64,000 bases of DNA from Octopus vulgaris (GCA_951406725.2 OX597823.1:94178001-94242000), one strand, 5' to 3'; positions 26,296 to 39,380 are shown, counted from the stretch's first letter. The notes: generated from the letters alone by a model not told the origin. Made by a program: numbers and translations.

Positions 26296-29089
26296 TGCAA
26301 AAGACTACGCGAGGTCATGTATAGGTAGGGGGGAGTGACTAAAATTGATAGCATTGCTGGAGGTTAGAGGACTTGATAGTGGGGGATCGGACGGCGAAGC
26401 CTTTCGTCCCGGCAATTAAGTTAGAGTTACTTCCATTTATTTTTTAATACAATGCAACAAGAGTTTTGGGGTTAAATGTAAAATATAAGGCCATCCAGTT
26501 ATTTATATATTTACTTATTTAGCAGCCTTTTATCTGACCGCTTTATTGCCAGAGGGATAAGTGATAGAGACACAAAGTCTGGGATTCTATTATGGGGAGG
26601 GAGTGACGAATAATAGCCGTCATCCAATCAATAAATAGATAAATAAAGAAGTAAAGAGAATGCAATAGAAAATATATGAAAGCAAAAGGATAATAATAAT
26701 AATAAGAGAAAGATCATAATAAAAATTTATAATAAAAAAAGGGGATATAATAAAAGAATATGGATAGTAATAAAAATGGAATTGGTAAATAGTGACTTAG
26801 TAAATAATAGCATAGGAATTATAAAGATAATTAAAGAGTAGTCAGAAATAGCATAATCGAATGGAGAAAAGTAAAATAAAATAAGGTAATATGATAGGAT
26901 CATGTACATTAGCAAGTAAAGGGGTGAAAAGGCAAAATAATAATGATGATAACGAAACAATTGTAGGAAGACAACATATAAGACCCAAAATATTCTAATA
27001 TAAGAATATTAAAAAATGTATTTTAAAAAATATGACAATGAAGACACGTGTTAATCATAGTTTGTTGTAAATTCAAAGTAGTATTACTTACTACAATAAT
27101 ATCATAAGAATATAAAAAGTATTCATTAAATTTCCGAGTATGTAAGGCAATGTTAAAGATGCATGAGAAAGGAAATCGAGTCAGTATCAATGACTTAGTT
27201 GCGAGGGTTGGGCAAGCATTTATTTATATTTATAGCTTCAGTTAATAAAAGTACAAGATAAGGACTGATGGCTATGATAAGACACCTACATATAATTCAA
27301 TGTAGTGAAATATAATAGGAATAATATATAATAAGAGCACTCAGAGAGAGCAAACCTTCGCCCGGGCAACACCAATGTCCTCTCATCGATTAGCCAAAGA
27401 TGATTTTTAAAATGAGAATATCTGAAATAAACTCGACTTCTCTCACAAACAAGAATATTAAATATGAACCCGACCGCACTCAAAAATTAAGTAAAAAAAA
27501 AAACAAAAAGAAAAAAACAACAAAAAATAATCCAGAATCCTGGTCCTGTACCGGATCGATCCCAAAATCTAATCACTTCGTGCCAGTCCTGACGCCAAAT
27601 ATCCCTGAAAGTATTATCCACATCCATCCAGCGGTTCTTGAGATACCTTGTCCACGGAAAACCAACAAACACCACTGAAATAAAACCCCTCGTTCGCTAA
27701 GGCGGATGTAATAAAGGTATGGTATGATGTCAATAGGGTTAGGCAATAGTTATAAAAGGTATATTAAATTAATTAAAGGTATTGATGCAGCAGTAAAGGT
27801 ATTGATGCAGGTGGTCCTAAGCTCTGCAGTAATTTTGGGAGCTGTACTGCACTGATGCAGCAGTAATATTTACAATTATGGTAATAATATAAATAATTGT
27901 ATATCGTAAGTTGCAAAATTATATGGCAGCAATAATATATCTTCGATAAATTTAATATACCTTTTATAACTCTTGTATATCTATGGTAATTGGTCCTCAA
28001 ACGCATCTATCATGTAATAGATTGCCTAACCCTATTGACATCATACCATACGTTTATTATATATTATAAGTGTTATATTTCACTACATTGAATTATATGT
28101 TGGTGTCTTATCATAGCCATCAGTCCTTATCTTGTACTTTTATTAACTGAAGCTATAAATATAAATAAATGCTTGCCCTATCCTCGCAACTAAGTCATTG
28201 ATACGGACCCGATTTCCTTTCTCATACATCTTGAACATTGCCTTACATACTCGGAAATTTAATGAATACTTAAATTTTTATCATATTACTGTAGTAAGTA
28301 ATACTGCTTTGAATTTACAACAAACTATGATTAACACGTGTCTTCATTGTCATATTTTTTTAAATACATTTTTTAATATTCTTATATTAGAATATTTTGG
28401 GTCTTATATGTTCTGTCTTTCTACAATTGTTTCGTTATCATCATTATTATTTTGCCTTTTCACCCCTTTACTTGCTAATGTACATGATCCTATCATATTA
28501 CCTTATTTTATTTTACTTTACTCCATTCGATTATGCTATTTCTGACTACTCTTTAATTATCTTTATAATTCCTATGCTATTATTTACTAAGTCACTATTT
28601 ACCAATTCCATTTTTATTACTATCCATATTCTTTTATTATATCCCCTTTTTTTATTATAAATTTTTATTATGATCTTTCTCTTATTATTGTTATCCTTTT
28701 TGCTTTCATATATTTTTTATTGCATTCTCTTTACTTCTTTATTTATCTATTTATTGATTGGATGACGGCTATTATTCGTCACTCCCTCCCCATAATAGAA
28801 TCCCAGACTTTGTGTCTCTATCACTTATCCTTCTGGCAATAAAGTAGGCAGAGAAAAGCTGCTAAATAAGTAAATATATAAATAACTGGATGGCCTTATA
28901 TTTTACATTTAACCCCAAAACTCTTGTTGCATTGTATTAAAAAATAAATGGAAGTAACTCTAACTTAATTGCCGGGACGAAAGGCTTCGCTGTCCGATCC
29001 CCCACTATCAAGTCCTCTAACCTCCAGCAATGCTATAAATTTTATGCACTCCCTCCTACCCATACATAGCATCGCGTACTCTTCTGCAA
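26296..29089. repeat. Large inverted repeat (~1.1-kb arms, ~175-bp spacer)
   Basis: 26296-27772 (excluding insertion 27335-27708) is the reverse complement of 27949-29089; ORF 26727(-) and the last 72 aa of ORF 28397(+) are near-identical peptides. Confidence 0.95.
27333..27714 (-). mobile_element. Helentron-associated (HINE-like) non-autonomous insertion
   Basis: Present only in the left IR arm, between taataa copies; sub-terminal IR-like ccttcgcc/ggcggatg and terminal hairpin-like gcactcagagagagc. Confidence 0.55.
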
Positions 29090-29475
29090 TTATACTGCCT
29101 ATCGGAACAAAGAAATTCGTTCTACGACCAGCAACAATGAACTCTACCCTTAGACTGATACTGGCAACCCTTCAAATTCATGTTCTACTAGCAACTACTC
29201 TTGTCTGGCTAAACATTTAGCAAGTTGGTCCATTCCAGTTCTCTACATACCTTTATGATCATTTGATTAAAATTACCTGATGATGGCATATTTTACAAGA
29301 TGTAATCGAAGTATTTATCAATAAAAATGCTGTTGAAACAGCCGTTGTGACATTTTCTAATTCCATTTCTGTTCTTATTTTAAAATTGAATGTCTGTGTG
29401 TGTGCATTTATATGCATGTATATATACGTGCGTGTATGTGTATCATATATGAATATGTGTGTGTGTGTGTGTGTG

Positions 29476-29527
<52 letters not shown>

Positions 29528-29599
29528 GAGTGTATATATATTTCATATCTATGAGTATATATATATTTCATATCTATTGCTTAACCATTTTCTCGCACT

Positions 29600-29647
29600 G
29601 TCTCTGATGAAGGGATATATAATATATCCCAGAAACAGCTGTAAGAC
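29600..29647 (+). ncRNA. Minimal type-I hammerhead ribozyme (Penelope pLTR-type)
   Basis: gtct CTGATGA a gggatatat.atatatccc a GAAA cagctg TA agac: perfect stems I and II, palindromic stem III, GUA site after 29643. Confidence 0.8.
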
Positions 29648-29724
29648 CTCTTTATAAATGCTCTGAAATCTTTCACAGCCTTGGATTTTTTTTTATCTCA
29701 TTCTGTTAATTTTAATATACATGA

Positions 29725-29764
<40 letters not shown>

Positions 29765-30020
29765 GTTATGTTGTGACACGTCTATCGAATAACAATAAGA
29801 CTACAATATTTTGTCTCCACAAGAAACACCATAACAAATCGATCGTATTTATTAACAGATGGCTACACACATTCCACTCTTACAATAAACCATTTATTAG
29901 GTATAGAATAATGATTTGGTTACTGTATCTCTTATTGCACTCGTTAGTAGCTCAGTTAGAAACTTATCAAATTAATATTTCTAAATCTCACAAAGAGAGA
30001 TATTCAGCAACAGTACTTTG

Positions 30021-30344
30021 GAGTAAAGATTATTTGCCAACATAGCATGGCAGTCCTGGTTTAGGGCGAATGTTGCTGTAATTTAGCCCCATGAGACATC
30101 GTCTCCAGTTGGCTATACGACACGATCTGTGTCCTTATATTTTTGAACAAGGGAATATAGCACCCCCGCCCACCTCAAAAAGTATCTTTGTGTCGCGAGT
30201 GGGGGTGCTCAATCCTCTTGTTTGAAAATATGACACAGATCGTGTCGCATAGCCAGCTGGAGACAATGTCTCCTGGGGCTAAATTACAGCAACATTCGTC
30301 CTAAACCAGGACAGCCATGTTATGTTGGCAAATAATCTTTACTC
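30021..30344. mobile_element. Fold-back element (~150-bp arms), copy with deleted loop
   Basis: 30021-30169 is inverted with respect to 30197-30344; homologous to 48919-49279. Confidence 0.85.
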
Positions 30345-30435
30345 TAGTTAGAAACATTTGGCCATCGCAGAGCCTGAACGGACGCTTATAAGATAGTGGT
30401 TAACGACTTCATCCAATACCAATACATCATCATCA

Positions 30436-30487
<52 letters not shown>

Positions 30488-31867
30488 GATATAGGTGAGC
30501 GAGCTGGTGGAATCGTTACAACCCCAGGTAAAATGCTTAGCGGCATTTCGTCCATATTTACGTTCAGACTTCAAATTCGGTCTGAAGTCAACTTTGTCTT
30601 TCATCCTTTCGAGGTCGATAAATCAAGTACCAGTCGAGCACTAGGGTCGATATAATCGACTATTCCCCTTTCCCCAAAAATTTCAGGTCTCGTGCCAATT
30701 GAGGAAAAGACTATTATTACTGTTGTTGTTGTTGTTACTTTTGTTGTTGTTGTTGCTGCCATGCTGCTGCGGATTTAATCTCAGATGAGAAGCTGACGTT
30801 TTTATCGACTTACTATCGGTTCCAGCATTAATATATTGATGTATTGATTTCTTAATTGTATGTAATGACTTGAATTCCAGGAGACTTGCAGTGATCTGTG
30901 TCAGCGGAAGTCAAGGGAGGAACAACCAAATATATGTTATAGCAGATTACCATAGAGATAGGGAACGACAAGGGAGCCATGCCAGCCCTGTAGATCTATA
31001 GATTTCTCACTGAATCTGTGTAGGTGATTGGCTTGACCTTAGTTTATAACAGTGAGGGAACTTATACCAGTGTTTCTCTACTACGACTCCCAGTGCCTCA
31101 TGCGGCCCTCAAACATCCTTCCAGCGTCCCTCGATGGTCTTTCCGCTATTAATATAAAAAAAATCTTTCTTCAATCGTCTTGCGTTTTATTTTGGTGCCG
31201 TTCTCTAAAAGAAACCAGATTTTTTTATCTGACCCTTAAATTAAAAAGTTTTGGAACCACTGGTGTATGCACAACTTTTGATCGGCTAGAAATTTCCCCC
31301 ATTCACATATTCTCTGTACAGTTTTCTGAAATATCGTTTCAAATTTTGCTACACGGTCAGCAATCTTGGAGACAGTACTAAGGTCGATACAATCGGCGTC
31401 AATATTTAACTGGTCATTTTATTTTATCAACCTCGAAAGAATGAATGGTAAAGTTGACCTCGGTGGGATATGAACTCACAGAGGGTAAAACCGAAAGAAA
31501 TGCCGTAATGTATCTTATCCGGCTTGCTGCTTTTCCGTATTTGAAGCATACGAAGAGTGAAAACACACAGTTAAGTAGGGAATGTAAATCTAGATACTGA
31601 AATCGACCAAATGGTCAAGGATAGAACGCTTTCGATCTTCATATCACTCGGGCAGAGGCGTCCTGGTGCCAGATAACGACGGAGTTTATTTTTATTGCGT
31701 CTAGATAAATCAAAGTTGGAGCCAACTTTAACAGATTTTAGAATTTGATGGAGAAGGTACAAATGTACAAGAATCGAGCTATATTCTTCCAATATTCCCT
31801 CTTTTTGCCAAAGTAGCATCCATTTTGTGTTTTGTTAGTTTAAGTAAAATTAAGCATAATACTGTGA

Positions 31868-32152
31868 ATGTGCGTAGATTAACGATTATGTTATTCGGCT
31901 CACGACCTTATGGTCGTGGGTTATCTATCCAGCGGCGCGTCGTGTCCTTGAGTAGTGTCCAAAATGAGTAGTACCTGTATTTCAAGGGACCAGCCTTGTC
32001 ACATTCTGTGTAACGCTAAATCTCCCTAAGAATTATGTTAAGGGTACGCGTGTCTGTGAAGTGCTCAGCCAGTTGCACGTTAATCTCACGAGCAGGCTAT
32101 TCCGTTGATCGGATCAACTTGAACTTTCGTCGTGGTGACTGCTGGAGTGCCA
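31868..32152 (+). mobile_element. SINE family C-related, degenerate
   Basis: Tail aligns to reverse complement of 25170-25360; another head fragment at 32335-32434(-). Confidence 0.7.
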
Positions 32153-33077
32153 CTTAAGTAAAATGCTTGTTACGGGGCCAGATGGTAAGACTTTCGTGAA
32201 CCGACTCTATATATATATCAACGATTGAGACTAAAACTGAACAAGGAAGCTTCTATGTAGTTATGGTCCAAAAATAGTGAAAGCACAAAGATGAGGTGAA
32301 GGAACAATAAACGGGGGTTGCTATAGCAACGGGAAATAAAGTATCTTCCTCAAAGACACAACGCACACCCGTGAATTGAACTCATGACCTTTCGATCGTG
32401 ATCATAATACCCTAACCACCAAGCCACACGCTTTCAATGTTTGAAGCGCTGTAAAGACGCACGAAACGCCGCTAAGCAGTTGGTCCGGCACGCTAATCAT
32501 TCTGTCAGCTCACAGCCTTAGACGTGAAGGAATTATTTAAAAAGCGTAAGAAATTCTAGTCCAATGTTCTGACAGGTTTGCATTCTTGGCACACTCTTCT
32601 ACCACCTAATACGACAACCTTCCCAACAATGTTTTCCACGGTGATGGCCATCAATCGAATAACCTCAACCATTCGATTATCGCTTTCCATTTCTTTCTCT
32701 TCCCCCCCTCTCTCTCTCTCTCTCTCTTTCTCTATCACTCTCTCTCTCTCTCTCTCTCCCCATCTATTTATCAGTCTATCTATCTTTCTGTTTCATTCTT
32801 CTTCGCTTTAATAATTTGAATAATAAGAAAGCGTTGCTGATGCACTGATTAGACTTTCCTTGTCATTGAAGAATATCACTCGATAAGCATCCAACGGTAG
32901 CTGTTTCCATCACAAATATTATAGTTTTATGTGACCATTGTTATGATTTGTTACATGTTATAAACAGCAAGGCAGGCTCAACTGCGTTACAAGATGAAAT
33001 AATGGTTTTATTGGCCGTAAGTTGAATGCAACACCATAATATTGTTCAAAGGTTTCCTACCGTAACAGCTTCTATAC

Positions 33078-33471
33078 TCTTTTACTCATTTACTCTTTTA
33101 CTTGTTTCAGTCATTTGACTGCGGCCATGCTGGAGCACCGCCTTTAGTCGAGCAAATCGACCCCAGGACTTATTCTTTGTAAGCCCAGTACTTATTCTAT
33201 CGGTCTCTTTTGCCGAACCGCTAAGTGACGGGGACGTAAACACACCAGCATCGGTTGTCAAGCAATGCTACGGGGACAAACACAGACACACAAACACATA
33301 CACACGCATACATATATATATATATATATACGACAGGCTTCTTTCAGTTTCCGTCTACCAAATCCACTCACAAGGCATTGGTCGGCCCGGGGCTATAGCA
33401 GAAGACACTTGCCCAAGATGCCACGCAGTGGGACTGAACCCGGAACCATGTGGTTGGTTAGCAAGCTACTT
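33078..33471 (-). mobile_element. tRNA-derived SINE, family A (young, 5' end replaced by adjacent element)
   Basis: Consensus-like copy; minus strand ggttccgggttcagtcccactgcgtggcatcttgggcaagtgtc (B-box + CORE-like motif). Confidence 0.9.
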
Positions 33472-35040
33472 TATTTCAAAACATTTGCCATAAAGGCAGT
33501 ACACAGATTAAGTTAGCTTTCGGGCTGGACGAGGACATTAATGAAGTGAATGATAATGAAAGAAAGATGATAAGGATGGGAGAAGACAAAAAGCGCCCGC
33601 CGACTTTCGCTTCTCTAAAACATTGTTCTTTTTAAGGATAAACACAAAACGAGGTATTAAACCTCTTACAATTTTTCCAATTTTTGGATTTAGCAGTCCA
33701 TTATTAATAAAAATAAATACAAAACGAGGTATTAAACCTCTTACAATTTTTCAATTTTTGGACTTAGCAGTCCATTACTAATAATAACAGTTCAATAATT
33801 ACATATCGTCCTCGAAGTCGCTTGTGCCCGCGCCCTCCACCATCAACCACGCCTCCCTCAGAACGTAATCAAGTCCCGAGTCAGCGTCGCCCGGGACCAA
33901 TTTATAGTCTTCCTTGAGCTCCTTTAGCCCAAGCGTCACGTCGAACGTCACGACCTCCACAGCTACCTGCGGAGGCCATTCGGGGTCCTGTGTGAAGGCT
34001 AAAGGTGCTCCCTTGTGATGCTCTTCCATCACTTTTTCAATTTCTCCTCCTCTATAGAAGAGGACCAATACGTTCAGTTCTTTCGGTGGCGGCACAGTTC
34101 CCGCCAACGGTATTCCTTCTCTTGTCGGTGGCACAACCCCAACCGACGTAGTTCCGTGACATTCCGGTGCTACACTGACAGTCGGTAATGTCCCGTTTTT
34201 CTTCCTCTTTTTCTTTTTTTTTTCCCTTTTCAACTGAGGGAGGGTGCGTCTCCTCCGTGGCTGGAAGATTCGCCTTCCTCTCCTCATCCCTATTATCCTT
34301 TGGTGATCACCCATTTTTGCTCACCTTCCTCTTTCGGCCGCTGTTTGAGGAGTCCTCTGCTTTCTCGGCCGTTATCATTCCCTCTTCTAGAGGGGTTTTA
34401 CTTAACTGTTCCGGGATCCTATTTTGTTCCCTGGGGACAGTTCTTCTTTATGTGGCCGGACTCCAAGCACCGATGACACTTAGGGGGCGACCCTCAAGCA
34501 TCACCGGGTACCTGCACCCGGCCATTTTCAAAAAATCTGGAAGAACCAGATTGGCTGATTGGGTCCACAGGGTCAAAATTGCTTTTGACCCAACCCAAGC
34601 AGCCGCAGGAAGAACTTTTACATTAAGGAGCTTAGTTTCGCTGCCACCCAGACCCCGGCGGATAGTCTCCTCTATCCACTCGGGTTCTATGTCGGGTGGC
34701 AGACCGCAAATCCAAGCTTTCATCAATTTTTTTTTTGACGTGGGCAGGAATAAGATTTCCTTACCCTCCAGGGGTTTGCTAGCAAATTTGCAAGCCTCTT
34801 CAGGGGTGTCAAATAGCAACCACACCGTTGCATATTTGACACCCCTGGAAATGAATTTAATTGTTGGCAAATACTCTTCCAACTCCTTTTCAATTGCCGT
34901 CTTTTCGAATAGGGCGATGGTGTCGAGTGCCTTGGAGTAGGTTCTCAACACCACCGTCCTATCTTCACGGTCTTTTAACCACTTTTTAGGCGGTATGATC
35001 TCCCATTCCAAAAGTTTGTTATTTTTCATTGCCATGTTCT
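33470..35040 (-). mobile_element. L1/Tx1-type ORF1 (gag-like)-only retroelement, frameshifted
   Basis: From ATG at 35035: RRM-like ORF1 (..ICGLPPDI..LPDFL...YPVMLEGRP), then after a frameshift KCHRCLESGHIKKNCP (CCHC knuckle), C-terminus ending at 33799, ~330-bp UTR ending AATAAA at 33470; no ORF2. Confidence 0.75.
33639..33786. repeat. Tandem duplication of ~75-bp unit
   Basis: aaaacgaggtattaaacctcttacaattttt..ggatttagcagtccatta occurs twice. Confidence 0.9.
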
Positions 35041-35061
35041 TTTTTTGTTTTTTTTGGTGTG

Positions 35062-36052
35062 CTCCGTAACGAAGCAGTTCGGCAAAAGAGAATGATAGAA
35101 TGAGTACTAGGCTTATAAAAGAATATGTCCTGGAGTCGATTTGTTCGACTAAAGGTGGTGCTCCAGCATGACCACAGTCAAATGACTGAAACAAGTAAAA
35201 AGAGTAAAAAGAGAGTTGATTAATGAGAAATCTTTATTTTCTGCGTTTCAATCATTGGACTGCGTCCATTCTGGAGCACTGCCTGGAAGGGATTTAGTGG
35301 AACAAATCGACCCCATTACTTGCTTTCTTTTAAACCTGGTACTTATTTTATCAGTTTCTTTTAACGAGCCGCCTTGTTATGGAGACGTAAACAAACCGAC
35401 ATCATATGTGTGTGTGTGTGTGCGTGCGTGCGTGTGTGTGTGTGTACATATACACAATGGCTCCCACACAGTTTACCGTCACGAATTCTCTCAAAAGGCT
35501 TTGGTCGGTCCAGGGTTAGAGTAAAGGTAACTTGGCCAGGACTGAACTCGAAACCTCGTTGCAAAACGATTTTCTTAATCACACAGCGATGCCTGCGCTT
35601 ACGTTTACTTCAAATTACTTCAAATTACTTCTACATAACTATCTAAATATAACGTAATGTGCAAGTACGGAACAAAATTGCTGAGTATTAACGGAATAAC
35701 GCAGCTGTGGCCCGAGAAGAATTTAGTAAAAAAAATATAGGTTTTATTTTCCAAACTGAAATTCTTTGAAAATAATGGCATAGCAAGAAACAGCAGACAC
35801 GTGTTCATTAAATCACACCCCTACTGTATTAAAAAGGAAGGACACATTCAAAGTAGTCTTAGATACACTAACCTTTTACTTGCTTCACTCATTGGACAGC
35901 CGCCATCGTGGGGCAACGGATTTAAGGTTTAGTCGAACAATTCGATCCTTGTACTCATCCATTTTAAGCCTGGTACTTATTTTGTCGATACTTTTTCCGA
36001 ACTGTTAAGCTACGGGCACCTGAGGAAACGAATGCTGGATGTCAAAGACACG

Positions 36053-36080
<28 letters not shown>
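35062..36080. mobile_element. Cluster of SINE family A pieces (35062-35214 +, 35230-35600 -, 35874-36080 -)
   Basis: Alignments to the tail and head of 33078-33471. Confidence 0.7.
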
Positions 36081-36084
<4 letters not shown>

Positions 36085-36295
36085 CACATGCACACATATA
36101 TTCACACGTACATGTGTGTGTACGCATGTGTGTGTACGCATGTGTGCGAGTGTGTTGCTGTTTGTGTGCATGTGTGTGTGCGTGTTATTTTATTTACGGC
36201 AAGCTGCTGAGTAGCGCAGTCAGTCATTGAACGATGACGAGAATAAGAGCGACTTGTCTCCCATGCCTGTTCGTGGCAGCTGCCTTTCAGTCTCT

Positions 36296-36335
36296 GCTGC
36301 TGAAGAGGAAACAATGACTCCGAAATGCATCCAAC
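36296..36335 (+). ncRNA. Minimal type-I hammerhead ribozyme
   Basis: gctg CTGAAGA gga aacaatgac tcc GAAA tgca TC caac: canonical core, G-C closing stem II, palindromic stem III, one mismatch in stem I. Confidence 0.7.
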
Positions 36336-37029
36336 TGTCCACTCTGGTAAGGGAACGCTGTATTTACACCTATTTGTCTCCAGTGAGAAAACTTCACCAC
36401 GACAAAATACAGTGAATGGATTAATATGGGTTTAAATAAGCCTCAGGCATATTTGAAATGGTAACAAGTATTTATATACATTACTGCTTAGCGCTGTGTA
36501 TATATGTATGTATATATATATATATCTGTGTGTATATTTATATATTTATATACTTAAGGTGTATTCTGTTAGGAACGTAGTAAAGTACAAAATAGACCTC
36601 GTTCACCCTTAGAATGCCCAAATAGCCGGTAGTATTACGGTGTACTTCTAAGTGTAGGTTTAAATCCTCTATATATGAAGATCTATGTTGTATGGAAACA
36701 TGTGTAGTGATTATTAAATAACTATCTAACAGTACTCCTTCTTGTGGACTCTACCCTATTCAATTTTATATATATATATAGAATGTTCCTCAATAGAATC
36801 TTCCTCGTGTCATTCAGTAACAACTTTAGCTGTATGAATTGGTGCATTATCATCCTGAAAGATTGGGTTTCCCTCCGGAAACAGGTACGCAAGCACAAAA
36901 TGAATTTGATCAGGTAAAATGCTTAGTTTTTACTATTAATTCTGCCATGAAGGGAAACCATTGGACTGGCAGATTTCCAAGATATAGCCACCCCAGTTCA
37001 TCACAAATCATCTTCCATATTTAAAAGAT

Positions 37030-37736
37030 GGAAGAAGGCAGGCTGGGTCAAATGCTTCTTTTGGCTGTCTACACACGTATATTCGGCCGGTGGTCGGAAA
37101 TAAGGTAAAGGATGTCTCGTCCGAGAAAATAACATTCTTCCACTGCTCTAGGGACCAATTCTAAAAGCTTTGCAACGTTTGCATTTTAAAGTAGTGGTCT
37201 TCTAATTGCAGCCCTTCCATGAAATCAGGTTCTGTGCAGCTTCCGACGAACAGTTTTCTGTGGAAACTGGGTTCTCGAGGTGGTCATTCAGCTCTGCAGT
37301 AATTTCGGGAGCTGTACTTTTGTGATCCTTTCTAACAATTCGCGTATGAGTCCCTCGGTCCCTAAGTGAAAGATTTGGTTTTGTTCCGAAGTTTTGTTTC
37401 GACGAGGAGGGTTTTTATTACCTCTTTCTCAAAGTACTTTCGACACAGCACTTCTTGATATACCAAATATTTCGGCTGTTTTCGTTACGCTAGCGCTTGC
37501 CATACGGATACCAACAATTTGACTTCTTTGAAAGTCCGATAGATTTTAATGAATTCTAATTACCTTTTCCGATGATATCTGAAAAGAAACAGCAATTTTA
37601 GCAAGACATATTAAGCAACATTAAAAACAAATTTTAAAAAATATAAAAATATACCAGCTTTTGTCGATTTTATAGATATTTCAAAATTATGATCCTATGA
37701 TGCTAGGTGTTGCCATTATTTTGTCCAACCCTTGTA
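37030..37736 (-). mobile_element. Tc1-family transposon, 5' half (TIR + disrupted transposase)
   Basis: TIR tacaagggttggacaaaataatggcaacacct; LSDFKRSQIVG, TAPEITAELN, QWKNVIFSDETSFTLFPTTGRIYV motifs. Confidence 0.88.
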
Positions 37737-38487
37737 TACACAAATACATACACACACACACACATACACGCCCACGCACACACACATACACACACACACA
37801 CATATATGTATGTATATATATATATACATAAATACATATATATGTATATGTATATATATTTGTATATATTTATATATATATATATATGTATATGTGTGTG
37901 TCCGTGTGTGTATAGGTGGGGTATATATAGGAACATAAATAAATTAATATATATATATACGTATAAAAATATATGTACACATATATATTCATATGAATAT
38001 GAATAGTTTATATTTGTAAACGTGTATATATATATATATATATATACACTCACACAAATATATATATATATACATACATATATATATACGCACACAGACA
38101 CACATGCACATATACTTATAGATACACAAACACATATATGCGTGTGTATGTGTGTGTGTGTGTCTGTTTTTTGTGTTGTGTGCGTGTGTCTCTTTCCTCG
38201 TGTTTACCTTCAAATGTCTTTTCCGTATTCTTCTCACACCGTGAAAACAAATAACTAGAACTGAAACAATTACTTCAACAACAACAACAACAACAGCAAC
38301 AACAACGAAAAGGAAAACGATTCGTTCCTGCTTCAGCAGAAAAGAAAAAAGAAAAATCGATTTAAAACGCAGGCTAAACAACAAATGGTTTGTAGAACAT
38401 TTGATTAGAAGCGAGAAATAATTAGCCATTTTGAAAATAACTGAAATGTTCTCCTCCTTGAATATGTAGAGGGACAAAAGAAATAAT

Positions 38488-38489
<2 letters not shown>

Positions 38490-38549
<60 letters not shown>

Positions 38550-38828
38550 TGATGATGATGATGATGATGATGGAGGTGGTTGTGGTGGGGGTGGTCGTGG
38601 TGGTGGTGATGATGATGACGAGGAGGAGAGGAATTAGAAGAAGAGGAAGAACAACAACAAAAACAACAACGACAAAAAGTATTAGAAGAAGAAGAAGAAG
38701 AAGAAGAAGAAGAAGAAGAAGAAGAAGAAGAAGAAGAAGAAGAAGAAGAAGAAGAAGAAGAAGAAGAAGAAGAAGAAGAAGAAGAAGAAGAAGAAGAAGA
38801 AGAAGAAGAAGAAGAAGAAGAAGAAGAA
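38490..38828. repeat. (TAA)/(GAT)/(GAA)n compound microsatellite
   Basis: Includes ~48 perfect GAA units. Confidence 0.95.
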
Positions 38829-38988
38829 TCGGTAATATACAAACAATTAGACAGCCAGCAATGATTTATGGGCATTCGGTAATTTCCTGGAAGGTGGTGC
38901 AGATGATAAGGGTGTAGGGGTGGAGAAGAAAGAATCGGGGCTGGAAAGGAAAACGGATCCAATGATGAAGGCTCCTTCCTGTTTCTGT

Positions 38989-39007
38989 ATATTATCATTA
39001 TTATTAC

Positions 39008-39058
<51 letters not shown>

Positions 39059-39121
39059 CATTATTATTATTATCATTATTATTATTATTATTATTGTTGT
39101 TGTTGTTATTGTATAAGTGAA

Positions 39122-39168
<47 letters not shown>

Positions 39169-39228
39169 CATTATTATCATTATTATCATTATTATTGTTG
39201 TTGTTATTGTATAAGTGAAATTAATATT

Positions 39229-39259
<31 letters not shown>

Positions 39260-39380
39260 TTATTATTATTATTACTATTATTATTATTGTATAATTGAAA
39301 TTATTATTATTATTATTATCATTGTTATTATTATTATTTTATTATTATTATTGTTATTATTATTATTATTATTTTTAATA

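Noticed and set aside
31725-31880. Possible short exon (ILEFDGEGTNVQESSY...) after ctttaacag
   Set aside because: No homology recognised and no convincing donor.
34188-34940. 250-aa plus-strand ORF
   Set aside because: Antisense shadow of the gag-like ORF1.
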